From positions 808,144-872,143 of the forward strand of contig NMRA01000046.1 of assembly GCA_002633005.1 (NCBI GenBank): a stretch of DNA of 64,000 nucleotides. The letters are read 5' to 3'. The notes below the pieces were generated by a model. That model was not told the DNA's origin. It saw only the letters and a list, made by a program, of their open reading frames with translations, and searched no databases. This stretch comes from Phoronis australis (Eukaryota; Animalia; Phoronida). Position numbers and translations under genes: made by a program. Positions 1 to 13,899 of this stretch are shown here, one piece after another; the first letter of the stretch is position 1, and each line of letters starts with the position of its first letter.

Positions 1-14
1 ACTGACTATAGTCA

Positions 15-370
15 AGTTATAAATACCTTTTGCGCATGGAGGGACACCTTAGGAGGCCGTCGATGTATTTAATTCCTTCCAACTCGAACAACTTATTCCT
101 GTTATCAAACTGTTTCTTCGAGCAGTCCCTCGTTTCCAAAATCGGTAACTCACCATTTATAACACTGCATGCGACAGGTGGTATGATGTCATATCCCCTG
201 GCTTGCACAGAGTGAAAATGGTGAGTTAACGATACCACCTGTCGCATGCAGTGTTAAAAATGGTGAGTTACCGATTTTGGAAATTGAACGAGGGACTGCT
301 CGAAAAAAAGTTTGATAACGGAAGTAGTTGTTTGAGTTGGAAAGAATACATCGACCGGACAGCCTCCTAT
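15..370. mobile_element. Palindromic (foldback) MITE, copy 1
   Basis: About 55-185 is the inverted complement of about 232-368 (e.g. AACACTGCATGCGACAGGTGGTAT and ATACCACCTGTCGCATGCAGTGTT). It is related to 1430-1792. Confidence 0.7.
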
Positions 371-499
371 GGCTATGCGACTTTGGTGTTTTAATCAATG
401 CGAGGCATAATTTGCTGAAAAGCTTCCAGCGTATGAAGCGCCTATCTGAGCTCCAACGTCCTGCCGGCAAGCATACTAACCATTCAGATTAGGCTCTAC

Positions 500-775
500 A
501 GTCAGCTAGCTGTATGAAGACTATCGTCAAATTATAGCTTGGTATCACTGTGTGTTCAGTGCCGACAGACCTCGAAAATGCATTTTCTTGTGTAATTCTC
601 CACCTTTTGTAACAATGAACATCATTTTGAAAACAGCACGCTCGTGTCACGCACACGCGCCTTTTCTTAAAATTTTACGACATCTCTCGGAGATGATGAC
701 AGCTTCACAGCAACATAAAATTTGTTGTGAAATTGGGTTTGCTGGTATCAAAATTCGAAAACTTATAATGAAGTG
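500..775 (+). repeat. Dispersed repeat, with an inverted copy at about 33370-33780
   Basis: CTAGCTGTATGAAGACTAT...GTGTGTTCAGTGC.GACAGACCTC and TTTGCTGGTATCAAAAT match the reverse complement of 33370-33780. Confidence 0.65.
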
Positions 776-1429
776 AAAGCAGTTCCGATAATTTGTAGTG
801 ATGTGTACGCAGTCTCTTGAAAGAACAACAGTTGATTAAAGAATCGGCAAAAAAAGAAACCAATAGGTGACGCTATATTTCATGGCACCGAAAGCTGACG
901 CAGAAGATCTCCCCACAACTTTAGAACTTTAGCGGCTGAATAACGGTAGAATGCCAATTTTTCCAGCATTGTTAAAAAATTTAGTTTACTCAAGGAAGAG
1001 TGTAGTTTTTAATGACACTTGTTTTGTGTCAGCTTTTATCTGGTCAGTTTTTTACCCGCATCGACGCAAAGCTGTATATTTAGAATACTACTTTGTGCCA
1101 AGTCTAATAATAGGCCTGTTAGCGAGTGACTTACAGATGCTCATTGGATGCACATCTACAACAGCTTTGGTGAATAATCGAACATCAATCATACGATATA
1201 GTCTAGGTTTAGACTTATTAAGAAAAATCTTGCCAATATCGTGTTCTTTCATTTAAAACACATGGCAATATCTCGTGTGGTCTCGCGAAGTCTTGCTTTT
1301 CTAGCAAGGTCTTAGACAGTGATCACCATTTCTACCAGCCTTCGAAATGGTTAGGTTCCTAAATGGGCGCTTCATACACTGCAAGCTTTTCGGCGAATTA
1401 TGCCTCACACTGATAAAATATCAAAGTCA

Positions 1430-1792
1430 CGTTGTTATAAGTATGTTTTGTACATAGAGGGACCCCTTAGAAACCTTAGGAGGACGTAGATGTCTTTAAT
1501 TCCTTCCAACTTGAACAAAAACTCCCGTAGTCAACCTTTTTCTTCTAGCTGCCCATCATTCAGTTGCCCAAATCGGTAACTGGTCATTTTTACACTGCAT
1601 ATGTTTCTATTTTTGCTGCACCTGCAAGGAGCATGCACAGTGTTAAAAATGGCCAGTTGCCGATTTGGACAACTGAACATAGGACTACTTGAAGAAAAAG
1701 TTTGATTACCAGAGTATTTGTTCAAGTTGGAAGGAATCGATGGCCTCTTCAGGTGTCCCTCCCCTCTATGCGCAAATGGTACTTATAACAAT
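1430..1792. mobile_element. Palindromic MITE, copy 2 of the same family
   Basis: Ends TTGTTATAAGTA and TACTTATAACAA; internal arms ATTCCTTCCAACTTGAACAAA and TTTGTTCAAGTTGGAAGGAAT; similar to 15-370. Confidence 0.7.
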
Positions 1793-1887
1793 GAGATTTT
1801 GATGTCGAGACGGTGGTCACTATCTAATGAGGTCGTAGCATTATTGAACTTTACCCAGGCAATCACTAATGCAGTAACATGACTACT

Positions 1888-2314
1888 GTAACGGGCCTGT
1901 TGCAGCACAAACTTATGCCTGCACCAAACTGATTTGGTGCTCTTCAGTTTGACACGTTTTGTTGAGCCAAACTGATACCTGCGCCATACTGAAGCTACCG
2001 TCAGTTCTAAAGTTACTGCCAGTGGATTATAGGGTTTCGGATAATCAGAACTGAAATTGACTACAATTAGTGCTGGGAGGTGCGTAATAGTTTCTCAGGA
2101 TACTTCTCCCATGTGATTAATCTATATGACCTGCACACGTGAGCACTCACTGTCATCAATTTCGGTTCTGGTAAGCGTTAAAAAAGTCCATAAACCATTG
2201 GCAGTAATTTGTGAACTTGTGATAGCTTCATTTTGGTGCAGGTATCAGTTTGGCTTACCAACCCACTCCAAATTGAAGTGTGTCAAATCAGTTTGAGCTA
2301 CAACGTTCCCGTTA
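1888..2314. mobile_element. Palindromic MITE
   Basis: Long imperfect inverted arms, e.g. AGCCAAACTGATACCTGCGCCA and TGGTGCAGGTATCAGTTTGGCT; ends TAACGGG and CCCGTTA. Confidence 0.65.
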
Positions 2315-3178
2315 TTCAATACCTTGGATTAAACTGGTTCTCTAAATCAGGGACCCCTATGTCCGATCAATAGTGAATTAATTAGGGTTTTAAAGGAAAC
2401 CTTTGTCGTTAGTCTTTGTACAGTTGGTTGTTTAGCTGGTTGTCTATAGGAATCAATCAGTAATCCTGGCATCACTTAGTCTTGGGCTTAGCCAGCCACG
2501 TAACTTTTGAAAAATCCACGTGCTGACAGCAGGTGTCAAATACAGTCTGCCGTCATGAGAGTCAAATGTTTAAACCATTCTGCCAAGAGAAATTTGTTGG
2601 GAACTCACCTTAGTTGTGCACCAATGTTGACAAAAATCTGCGAACACTGAGCATTATACCAAAGTTTCTTGCGTCAGAGTCGAGTGTCCGATCCGTTCGT
2701 TTGAGAGGCAATTGCTACTTGGCGAGTGGCTTGGAAAAGCTTTGTTGTAATGTACGTCACATCCAAAGGTCGTGGAATACAATAGCTATATATGACTAAA
2801 CGTCAAAACATAGCTAATGGACGATGTGGGTTAAAATTTGGAAATTAAAGCGAAGCTCACTTTTTCAGTTCAGCATAGAAACTCTGTGGTCCTATCACAA
2901 CACGTCCAACTATTTTTTGCAACATTCAACTTACACCAACTTTGTCTGTTGAGGATGTTTAAAAGAAATGCAATCTGATGAACGTCATTTCTTACATCAC
3001 TCTCTTTCATGTGTAATGTAAAGTCCCATGTTGATTTCAGAACGGTACGATCGTAACACCTGCACGAGCCATTTGCTCCATTTTTTGTTTGGTGAAGTGA
3101 TTTCTTTTTGGACATGATTGGAACTTTACTGAAGCAAAATTTCCTGACAATTGCAGATTATTATGAAGCTGAATATTT

Positions 3179-3283
3179 GTACATCTATAGACCGAGGCTA
3201 GGCTGTACTCAAAGTACATCTAAAGACCAAGGCTAGGCTGTACTCAAAGTACATCTATAGACCAAGGCTAGGCTGTACTCAAA
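3179..3283 (+). repeat. About 35-bp tandem repeat, 3 copies
   Basis: Unit GTACATCTATAGACCRAGGCTAGGCTGTACTCAAA. Confidence 0.85.
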
Positions 3284-4039
3284 CTAGCTTAGATAAAGCC
3301 GCATTTTGTCCTGTTTAGCGAACAAATATCGAAAATCAAATTAAGTATTTTGCTCTCATGAAATGACTCATAATAGTGCTTACCTTGACAGGATTCTTTT
3401 TTTTCATTACCAAGAAGAACATTAAAACCGTCAGCAACTCAAGAAAACATTTGTACTTTAGTGGCGTTTGGCCAAGGTCCTAAAATCACGAGTTTGAAAA
3501 TGTCGCATTGCTTGTGATTTGAGTTGGAAATGGGATTCTACCATAGTTAGGAATATTATGAGGCCAATTTTATGACAGAAAAAGGCCTAACTTTATGTTA
3601 TTTTAGCATATAAACGGCAAAATGCATGTCTAAGATGCGTCGTGTTGAACATTACAGACAGCATGTTTGTCGCATGTGGAACTGACCAGCATCTGGTTTT
3701 AAATTGGTTCATTTAGTTACGATCTATTTCTAGCAAAAGCAATGTATATGCCTGCTATAAATAATGTTCTGGTATCAAATAAATGTCTTTGTAAGCATAT
3801 TCTTCCTATCCAATATCACACTCTCATCCTTCGAGTTGAAAAATTGGTTGCTGAAGGCGCATGTTGTTTCATCTTAGATTTTCCCTGTTTTTTATGAAAT
3901 TGCCACAGCACTGTTAAGGAAGCTTCCTGTAGTATGTCCGCAGTGGTATGTCAGCAGCAGTTTTGAATAGTTGCGTCATGCATGTTGTCAACATTGCACT
4001 TATTCCAGCTTTCAATCTTGGTTCTAGATCATCTTCATC

Positions 4040-7000
4040 ATGCCTGTCAATACAGCTAAAGTTGACCAAGCACTTGCTACAATGAAGAAAGTGGAGGAAT
4101 ATATTACTGCTGGTATGGACACAACCGTAGATGTGGTTGTGGACTTTGTGGAGAGTGATAAAACTGGTAAATTATATTTTGCTGACAATGTGATTTATAA
4201 ACTCTTAGTTGTGAGAGTTATGATATACAGCCGCATGCACAAAAAGTCACAGTAGTTGGCATTCTCTGAAAATCATAGCTGAAAAGTCCTCTTTTGTCGC
4301 AGGACCTCCCTTTGAAGGTGACCAAAGAGCATAACATGGGTAGTGTAAAGTAGTAGTTCAGCTGTGAAACACAAAGATGGCACTGGCGCTAACTAAGATG
4401 TTTGCTGTTGTTTGATAGTCAATCCACATGTGTCTGTGTTGGACGTCTGCAACAAAGTGTAAGGCACTGAAAGAATCACCCTCTGTCAAAATTTTTTTAA
4501 CATGATGCACTTTTTATATTTGCTACAGATAGAAGTTACATGTATATTAGACACGATTTGTCTCTGTTGATTATAAAGGATATTCGGCATGTCTTGCTCA
4601 GTGGATCCCAGTCACGAACTTACGCTGTTTATGACATATACACTCACCCGCAATGACTGAGTTCGTATTACAAGACTCTCAAAAGTATTTTGTCAATAAT
4701 TTTGAAAAAAGCTAATGATAGTATACTGAAAAATTGAAGATTGAGCATAATGAAAAGCTGACTATGTTTTTGTTTTGGTCAAGATATATGTTAACTCTTT
4801 GAAAACAACAAAGATGTATTTTCAATACACCGAAATCAATGAGTACAACTCCTGCATGGCTATCAAACAATACAATAGATGAGAACAACTAGATCGGTAC
4901 ATGTCATTCCATAACACACAGTGATTTCAGGGCATTGTAAAACTAATTGATTTTATGGAATGATGAAGAAAGTGAACGAGTTCCTGAAGCGCTCGTCTGC
5001 TTTGTCATGTTGTCTAATAACTGGTGTCTCTGCTATACTTGATGTTAAATTGTCAGTTTCTTGTTGCCACAAAAGTAACATGCGATTATTAATTTGTAGC
5101 TGAAGAGGAATAGCAAAACATATTTTAGTTGTGTGCAAAAATACTTGTAGTTAATGCACTTGATAAAGGTAGTCATGACCATTTTCTTTGGCCTTTAATA
5201 CTATGAGTGGAAAGTCTGCTTTATTTTTGAAGGAAAACTGAAAAAATAAGCAAATATGAATAATTTCTGCTGTATTGTTTGTTTGGCAGTAAAGTTTTCA
5301 GTTGAATTGTTGAAGGTAGTAGTTTTTCACTTAAGACAGAATTGTCTCAGACATTGAGGTACATTTGAAGCATGTTTTCACTTGTGGTGCGTTCAGCAAG
5401 GGAAGTATCGCAAGTTTCAGATTATGGTAATCTTCCTCAGATATTGCCACATATTGCAGATGAAGGGAGTGATTTCGCTAACTTACGGACAGGTATAAGG
5501 CTTTCTAGCATTTTCTGGGCTCTACTAGAATTATTGTAAATTTGTCTTTTCATAATAACCAATTTTTAAAAAAAATAACTTGCACTTGTGAGTGGATAGC
5601 GTTAATGGATGCATCTCCAATTTGCCAGTTTTGATTTTATCTTAATTCTTTTCCTTTTTACAGAGAGTGAGAAAATCCAAGAACTGAAGGACAAAATGCT
5701 GCAGTATGTTAGCATGCAGAGAGAGTTAAATCAATTCATTGAAGCTGCAGATGCTATCAAATCTGAGGTATGTTGTCTCTTTTGAGCAAATGAACTTGTC
5801 TAGAGCCATCTATTGGTTAGAAAGGGAACTATCAATACAATACACATCCATTCTAATGTGTTGAGGCAGATTTACATAGAAATCTCGACATGTCGCAAAC
5901 TGACAGAAGTTGACGTGGAATGAACTGGCAATGTGGCATCAATGTGCTAGTTCGGTGTTAGCTATGTGTTTGTTTTCTAACTCGTATATGAAAAACGAGC
6001 TTTGTCAAAGCAAAAGTTTCTGACAGAAAATGAGATCTGGGTTTACAAAAATGTATTTTTATATGTATGTGCCATTATTATTATTACATTAACACCTTTT
6101 TAAGTCAAAATTTTATTTTTAAGAAAGGTACATTCATACCAGAACAACCTCTCACTTGATTTTAATGAAACTTTTTTTGATAAAAGCTTCACCAGTTACC
6201 TCAAAAATGCTGTTTGGAATTTTCGTTTAGTCTTTTAGTTTGGTTTTTATGGCAAATGAACTCGCAAAACGCAAGGAATTTTTATAAAAATGTAGTTATT
6301 TTCGTCTTTGTTGCATTACGTACAAAGTAGGCCTTTGTATAAAAAATCCTAGAAATGTTTTTGAGATTAATGAATAAGTATTAAGTCTGGAAAGTTTCAG
6401 CAAAATCCAACAAGCCGTTTTTGAGAAATCGTGTTCCTAAGTTCAAATTAAGTTGCATTGCCGAAGTTGAGTGAAAATGAATTAAGTTGGGAGGCGCGAA
6501 AGGTGCCAAGGTGGTTCCGCTAAATCTGATTTTCTCGCTATACGCTATACATTTTGTGTTTGAAGTTCCCCAAGAATGAAGATAAGGTATTTTGCTAGAA
6601 ATGTTTATGTCCAATTTTTTGAAGTTTGAGATGTTCTTAATTTATGTTGTGCATTATTTTTTGTTGTTCATTTCCAAGATAGGGACTTCATGGAATTTGC
6701 TCAGAATATACCTACAACTGGTTTTGATTTGTAGGTCATAGAAGACCCTGAAGACATTGACAGTTTGTTGAATGCCAAATTAGAAGAAATAACGAGCAAT
6801 AATGATGACACTGAGTTAGAACAACATGACAAATATAGAGACATGATGCAAAGGATATGGGACGCAGAACATCCAGGTATCACTGTTATTGTCATACTGT
6901 TTGTGTGCCAATAGGTAGCAATAGCTGCAATTATTTTTAAAGGAAGAGTGTGCATCTATTTAGAGGATAGTCGCAGAAAACTGTATTTGGTATAAAATTA

Positions 7001-8835
7001 ATATCTAAAGTAATGATTCAAACCCAAATTTTCTGCCTTTCGATTTTTTAAGATTCAACTCTTCACCCTGGTTTTTATTCCTTTTTTTCTCTTCAAGAGA
7101 AAATAAAGCTTTGTCTAATCAATTGAGATACATTGCAGTTCATGAGGTGGAGTGTGCTGTGTTGGCTGTACTGTATTGTACTATTATTGCTTGTAATTTT
7201 CTGCACTGTACTGTACTGTGCTGCCCTGCCCTGCCCTGCCCTGCCCTGCCCTGCCCTGCCCTGCCCTGCACTGCACTGCACTATTACTGACTGTGTACTG
7301 AATGAACTATACTGTACTGCTGTATAGTGTATTGTACTACATTGGTCTGTACTGCATGGAATGATGGTAGTCATGCTATTGTACTATCATGAAGTTGCAA
7401 ACCAAAAGAAACTGTAGCTGCTGTGTTATTGTTCAATTAAAGTAGTCTAACATTTTACTATAAGTGTGCCAAAATATACTATCCAAGAGCTGGGAAATAA
7501 ACCTGGTTGGGAAATTGGTCCGTGTAACATTCAGTAATTTCTGCTGGCAACAAATTTTTCAGAATTTATTCCCTAGCTGCCACCTGCAATAAATATTGTC
7601 GGTGCTTATTTATGTTACTTGCTTGAAAAGAGAGAGATTGTTATTATGAAATACTTGACATTGCTTTTAGATGATGACCTATCAACAGTACAGGATAGTC
7701 AGCCAGTTGGTGACGGTGACATTGTTATGACACAGCAAGAGATCTCCACCAAATGTCCTTATACACAGAAAGAGATGGTGAATCCCATGAAAAATAAGAT
7801 CTGCAGTCACACCTATGATAGGGAAAGTGTGTTGTCAATGATCAAAGCAGGAGGACGCAAAGCAAGGTAAGGAAATTTCATGGCACAAATTAAATGGAAC
7901 GTGGTTTTCAACCAGTATACGTGTACAAGTGTATCCTTATCAAGCTGACACTCATTTGTATTTCTTTGGCTGGCACTGACTTATATACCTGGCTAGCCTA
8001 GAACAATGTATGACTGCATCAGCCATAGATTAAAACTTTTCACAGATTTATTGACCACTGAGCTACAGAGAAATGCAACAGGAGTAACCTGTGTAGCATT
8101 TTAAATCTAGTTCTTCAGTTTAATTGTTGCGTAGTAGATTGACCACAGATCTCAAGGAGTAGTATCAAGGTTAAACATTCTTAAATTATCATTTGAGAAG
8201 TCATATACATGATTAGACAAACCTCCACAGACCAACTTGGCTTCTCAGTAGTTCCTGGTTCTGTAAATAGACAACTTAGCAGGTTGGCACAGCATGACAT
8301 TATGAACAATTTTGTTTACTTGATGTGTGTCTGTGATGACTGTAGCAACAGTGACTACAATTCAAGATTGCCTTCAGCTTCAGTCTGTGCCTGACGTGGA
8401 CAACTTGTCCAATACTGGCATATACAGGTGAGAAAAGTCTGGGTCAATGCCACTGAGGTCCCACACAGCACTACTGGATTCAACCCAAAATAGTAAAGTT
8501 CAAACTGGAATGTAGTGACGTGGAATTTTTCTGTTTCATTTGGTTGATAATCCTTGCCAGAGAACTAAAACAAAGGGTTCCACCCCAAAACACATAAGAA
8601 AACCTTGGTGAAAGTCAGTGTTGTGTAGTCACAATGACTCCTTGAAGAAGAGTAAAATTAATTCTGTCTCGTGTCAAATTTCAAGTTTAATCTTCCTCTC
8701 ACTAGGTGTCCTTACGGTGGCTGTAACAACAATAAACAGTTGGTCATGTCAGACATGGAGGACAATCTGGAATTAAAGAGATATATGGAGAAGAAAAACA
8801 GACAGGCAGCAAAGTCGAAATGCAAAAGAAGCTAG
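4040..8835 (+). CDS. NSMCE2: E3 SUMO-protein ligase NSE2/MMS21 (SMC5/6 subunit), 5 coding exons, about 232 aa
   Basis: Exons 4040-4166, 5664-5767, 6735-6876, 7671-7866 and 8706-8835 join in frame across GT-AG introns. The SP-RING is KCPYTQKEMVNPMKNKICSHTYDRESV...RCPYGGCNN, preceded by DGDIVMTQ; the N-terminus is helical. An acceptor at 4025-4027 implies an upstream exon, so the N-terminus could extend. Confidence 0.9.
7155..7355 (+). repeat. Compound pentanucleotide microsatellite (CTGTA/CTGCC/CTGCA)n in NSMCE2 intron 3
   Basis: A pure (CTGCC)n core at about 7221-7268 with degenerate CTGTA and CTGCA flanks. Confidence 0.9.
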
Positions 8836-9419
8836 GTGCATCTTTATGTACTCTGTCAGTGCAGCACATTATGTTACACCGTTATTGCCAGTTTTTGGCA
8901 GTGAAAAACTGTGAATAACACCTATTAACATACCTGATCTGTGAGAGTGAAGAAAGAAGATGGAAAGGAGCCCCGTATGCACGAGAAGCTACATGTCAAA
9001 GTCAAATGGAGTGGAAACTGTGTTAAGATTTATAATGGCAAAAGTTTGAATCTGAAACACATTATTGCCTGACAGCTGTAATAACTGTATTACTGTTGGA
9101 AGTTGAAATCAGTTTATCTTTGGAAAGGTTGGGCATGTCACTGAATGTATGTAAACCTTTTGATTAAATGAGGATTTGTAGTCATAAAGATGGATCGTGA
9201 CTAACCTTATTTCTCGGTTCTTGTATTTAAGGAAATACTGGTACGGGAAACGCCCGTGAAGATTGTTAACCTTTTACATACACAAAGGATTGTTGGATAT
9301 TGATCATCTAAAGCAGCCCTTCAAGTAGACTTAGACATAGACATAGAAATACAATGTGCTAAGATCACCTCATTTTAGTAGCATGTCAAGCCATCAGAAG
9401 TTCTTTTTATCATAGATAT

Positions 9420-9595
9420 GGATATACGTTGGCATTTATCCATTGTTAGTTATAGATGATCGCTTACATGACAGATCCTGGATACTGGACATTTATCCAT
9501 TCTTAATTATAGATGGTCATCTACATGGCAGATCCTGGAAACTGGACATTTAACCATTGTTAGTTATAGATGATCGCCTACATGACAGATCCTGA
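9420..9595 (+). repeat. About 57-bp tandem repeat, 3 copies
   Basis: Unit approximately GGATACTGGACATTTATCCATTGTTAGTTATAGATGATCGCCTACATGACAGATCCT. Confidence 0.8.
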
Positions 9596-9641
9596 ATAAT
9601 GGATTGGCAACTTAGTGAAAATACCTCTTCCATGGCCTTAA

Positions 9642-10038
9642 AGATCCCTGGATCGCGAAAAACAGACTAAACTGTGATATTGAATGTGGTTTTCTGCTAT
9701 TGAAACAGAATTGAACCTGCTCACCAGGTATTTTTAGTTTTTGTTCATAAAGATTTTAAATTTCTGTTCTTATGAAAACATTTTCTTTTAGTTTCAGATT
9801 TAAAAAAAAAGATGTCAACTGCTTGTCATTTCATTGATTTTTCTCCCACAAGGCAAAGCTCGTCTCCACAGAGTTTTTCCGTCGCGTGTATCATTCAAAA
9901 ATCGTGAATTTTGGGATTTTTTCTGGCCACTTTCTCGAGGGGAAAACTGAATTGTTCTGCACTAGACGTTGTGAGATGGTACTTTCCTCAGGAATTGTTT
10001 AAAAGATTTTTTGGTGAGCTTTCGCGTTCCATGCCTCT
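9642..10038. mobile_element. TTAA-flanked MITE (Kolobok- or piggyBac-like)
   Basis: TTAA|AGATCCCTGGATCGCGAAA at the left end and TTTCGCGTTCCATGCCTCT|TTAA at the right form imperfect TIRs. Confidence 0.55.
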
Positions 10039-13000
10039 TTAAGAGCCATTCCACAAGAAAATCAAAAGAAATCAAAAAATCATTTGGGGTCATCTTCCAT
10101 ATTCAGCTTAGTCTTTGTCTATGTGATCATGGTGTGGCTCTGATACAAAAATCACCTATTTTCCACTTATTGACTTCTTGGTTTTTTACCTATATGCCTT
10201 CAAAGGTTTATGAACAAAATGACACGTTTTTGCCTACTGAAAACATCAAATTTCTAAGAGATTACACAGGCACAAGAGATGGCATAATTGCCTGGTGTCA
10301 ATACCCAGAACGGTTGATGACCTCAGTGACAACTTTTAGGCTGATATGAATAATTCGTGCGATTTTTAATGAAACATTCAGATTTGTGCAATATTTCAAG
10401 ACAATTTAGCTTTTATTTAAAAAATTCTTTTGAATTATAGGTTCGTGATAAAAGATTATTTTTTCACTTCGAAGACAAAAGCCTACATCACAGGAAAGGT
10501 ATCAATATATGAAATACAAAAATGAAAAAATTTCAAAATCGCATGGTGCATTAAAAAGTTATCACTGTGTCAAATTTTGACTTTATTTCAGTGGGTTGGT
10601 CATCTTGAGATGTCAGCAGCACAGGTTACGGATTTAAAGTGCTTAAACATTATTTTCACAAATATTCTAGCAATAGAATTTAGTAACATATTTTTACCTA
10701 CCATTCTGTCAATCCAAGAGTTTACATCAGGATTTAATCACGCAAGTGTAACTTATTGAATTGAGTGGTTAAAGTGCTTACAATTCAGGTTGGACAACAT
10801 GGCGACTTTTGTGAACTGAAAGGCATGTTCAACAGGCTACACTGTCCTTGGTGAACATTTAACAATAATACATTTGCAGATTCTCTGGTACAAAAAGCAG
10901 TTTTGTACATTTTTTTTTGGTGATTGAGTCATAACTATTTTGAATCTTCTATTCATTTCAATGTGAAGTGCCCATTCAATTGACCTTGCATTCTGCTAAA
11001 TTCTTTTGTTCTGAAATTGTTTTTTGTTTGAAAGTCAACTTCTGATCAAGGTATGATTATATGTCACAACAGGACTCATATTTTTCTAAATTCTTTGCAC
11101 AGAATGCGCTTTTGATTCATGTTTTGTGACTAGTTACTTTCTGCTTCATGATACATCAAAGCAACAAAATGTGAAAAAAAATCTTACTAGATTTACAGAA
11201 ATAGGTTACATTTGGATTATGAAGTGTGTAGATTACTCGATTCCTGCTTTGCACCTTCATATTATTTATGTCTAAGGTAGTCACTTTCTAGTTTAGGATG
11301 AAAACTTTTATGGTCGCCATAGTAACAATTAGGCATGTCTACTTTCATACTTATCTGAGCTTGGTTCAATGTTAATTACTGTGGCAAAAGGCTGTTAGAA
11401 TCCTTTTAGTTTGGGTATTAATGTGTTTTGAGATCACTTTGATAGGTGTAAGCCATACTTACAATGAAAATTTCGAAACCTAGTTTGTCCAATATTTTTA
11501 AGAGATGTCATTTTATCTCTCATGAAAGTGTAACAAGTGACAAAATCAGATTTGGGTGCAATCATTAAACCATTAGCATCTGTAAAAATGACAAAACTCA
11601 GATTAAAGTGACTTTATATATTTTATGTAATGATTATCATATAATAAGGTGAACGTTACCAGGGCACCAGTTAGCAGCTGACGTGGGGCACAGGTTAGAC
11701 GCATGAATGGTTTCCAAAGTGCTGAAACTGTCACAGGTGTGGCAGCACAGGTTAGACTCATTCGAAAACATGCACTAAATAATATTAGTTTTTGGCTAAG
11801 TTAGAAGTGGGAAACAAAAACCACGCTAGAGTGCAGCATTTAAACGCGGTTTCGATATTAGTCAAAAATCATGTTAGATTAGTATTGAAATCGTTCTCAA
11901 ACATGCATGTGCCATCATTTCCTCGATGGAAACGTTTTGGCCAAATTTCACCCTAAGAAATCTTGTAATAGAAACTGTCTCCAGGGGCCCAGCAGTAGTC
12001 AAAGTATCTAAAAATTGACATCCACTGATTTGATTGTCATAGAAACATATTTGCAAAAAATAATGAAGCCCCTTTATGAGATTTATAAGATACAGCTGCA
12101 TACTGTCCGTAGTCAGGCACTGTAAAATACGCGATGGTATGTCTTTTCTATCGGCTATTGCTTGAAAACAAACAAAAAGCCCAGCACCTCGCAAACTGGC
12201 CCCCAGAGCACCTCAGAACTGGCTAAAAATCAAAGACACAAAATTGGGCAAAATTTACAGAATTTTGGCACTCCATTGAATGTTAACGGAAACTGTCTTC
12301 AGAGAGAGAGGTTCAATGTCTACATAAGCATATTTTTCTTTCCCATTCTTTTAATCCGTTTTAAAAAAACTTCACTAACTGAACCTTTTTGAACCAAAAA
12401 TGAGCCATTTTGGGCCAAAATATTCATGATGTCCTAACTTAAAAAATAATGGCCCAAAAAATCAAATAAGCATTTTGAACATATCCCACAAGGATGTAGG
12501 CCTACACACGATCTGAGTCGGTAACCCTAGAGTCGACCTTTTGGTGCTCTCGTGGAATGGCAGTTAATTGGTTAAAACGTTACGAAACCCTCATAACGTG
12601 TCACATTTTTTCCTTGCTAGTCAGGTGATGTGATAGTCAAACAAATGTTGAAAGAGCAAATTTGGGCTTCTGTTTAATTAAGTGGTTTGCGTGAAGATCC
12701 GTTTAATGACATTTAACAAGAAGGAAGCGGAAATAATGTCTTTAAAATATTTAGGTAAAATTGTTAATTTGTATTTAACTTCGCTTTGTACTCGGAGTCG
12801 AACTCGAAACTATTTTTCGCATTGTCTATTCTTGTGGGTTCAAAATGAGTGTCTACTACTTTGTGCTCGAGAACATTATGGCTTTTCATATTGGGTTTCT
12901 GGTCCAACTGAAATTCGCACATAATCACCCTCAGATTCGAGCTACAAACTCGACCAAACCTCGAGATTTCCGAGTTCACATTCGAATTTCTAACTTTAGT

Positions 13001-13267
13001 AGTTATACAGTTATTCGCGTAAGCAATCATGTACTCTCACATAGAGTAACGGATACTTATCTAAGTTCGCACAAAATCATAGAAGATGCCATCAATAATT
13101 TCGATTTGGATCAAAAGAAACATTAGACCCCAGGCTCTGAGCGTCCGCGTGTCTTTCACGTGCGGTTTATTGCCATTTGATGTATTAGCTGACACAGATC
13201 GACTTGCCGTGTTGAGAGTTTGTTATATAAAAATTGCAATTTGATTCCATGCACTGAAACAGATTTC

Positions 13268-13862
13268 CATAGGCGGATTTAGGGGGGGGGCCGCCCCCCC
13301 CCCCTGGCTGCCGCAAAAAATAAAACAGCAAGAGCGTAGGGACATGTTGAGTTTATTAATCAACCCCGGTAATTAACATTATACGGCTGAAACAAGATGT
13401 GTGAATTTTTTGTGTTTGAGGGGGGGGGGGGCTCTGATCCAATTTGAAGTGTCAAATTCGGAACACGGCACAATCGTAACGGAACTATGGCTAAGTATAG
13501 GCTCTCCCGCGATGTCCCAGGCGACCGGCTGTGGCGCTGCGCACTACGACTCCGTTTCCGTCGTCTTCTTCACTGTGCAATGAAGAAAATTACTTCATTT
13601 TTGAAAGAAAATGGAATCTGAGTGACGATGAAAAAACAGAAGCTGCTTGTAAGATGTGAATTGTAATCGAGTCTTTGGTAAAGTTTGTCAAGTTTGACAC
13701 GTTCTCCCTGTTCTTTTTTTTTCTTTGCCTTTTTTTCTTGGATAATACTTCAGGAATCAAGGAAAATGCTTAATTTTTAGAGGAAGAACAGAAAAATTTC
13801 CTTGCGCGGGAGGGGGGGCAAACCCCCCTCCCGACCTCCCCCCATTCGGTGCTANGCCACTG
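13268..13862. mobile_element. MITE fragment of the CA.AGGCGGATTTA-poly(G) family
   Basis: Left end CATAGGCGGATTTAGGGGGGGGG matches the 29197 element; the right end is unclear because of an N at 13855. Confidence 0.5.
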
Positions 13863-13899
13863 ATTTCACTCAGTGCATTAAAACTCTACGCTAAGGTTC

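Noticed and set aside
7093-7374. ORFs with AGQGR / ALPCP repeats
   Set aside because: They are translations of a pentanucleotide microsatellite.
7931-7940. GTATCCTTAT, a U12-like donor inside NSMCE2 intron 4
   Set aside because: The frame is correctly joined by the U2 donor at 7867, an in-frame TAA precedes this site, and no U12 branch lies near the 8705 acceptor.
10043-12563. TTAA-flanked element with GCCATTCCAC.AGA inverted ends
   Set aside because: The terminal bases do not match and a similar end occurs near 16130, so pairing of the ends is ambiguous.
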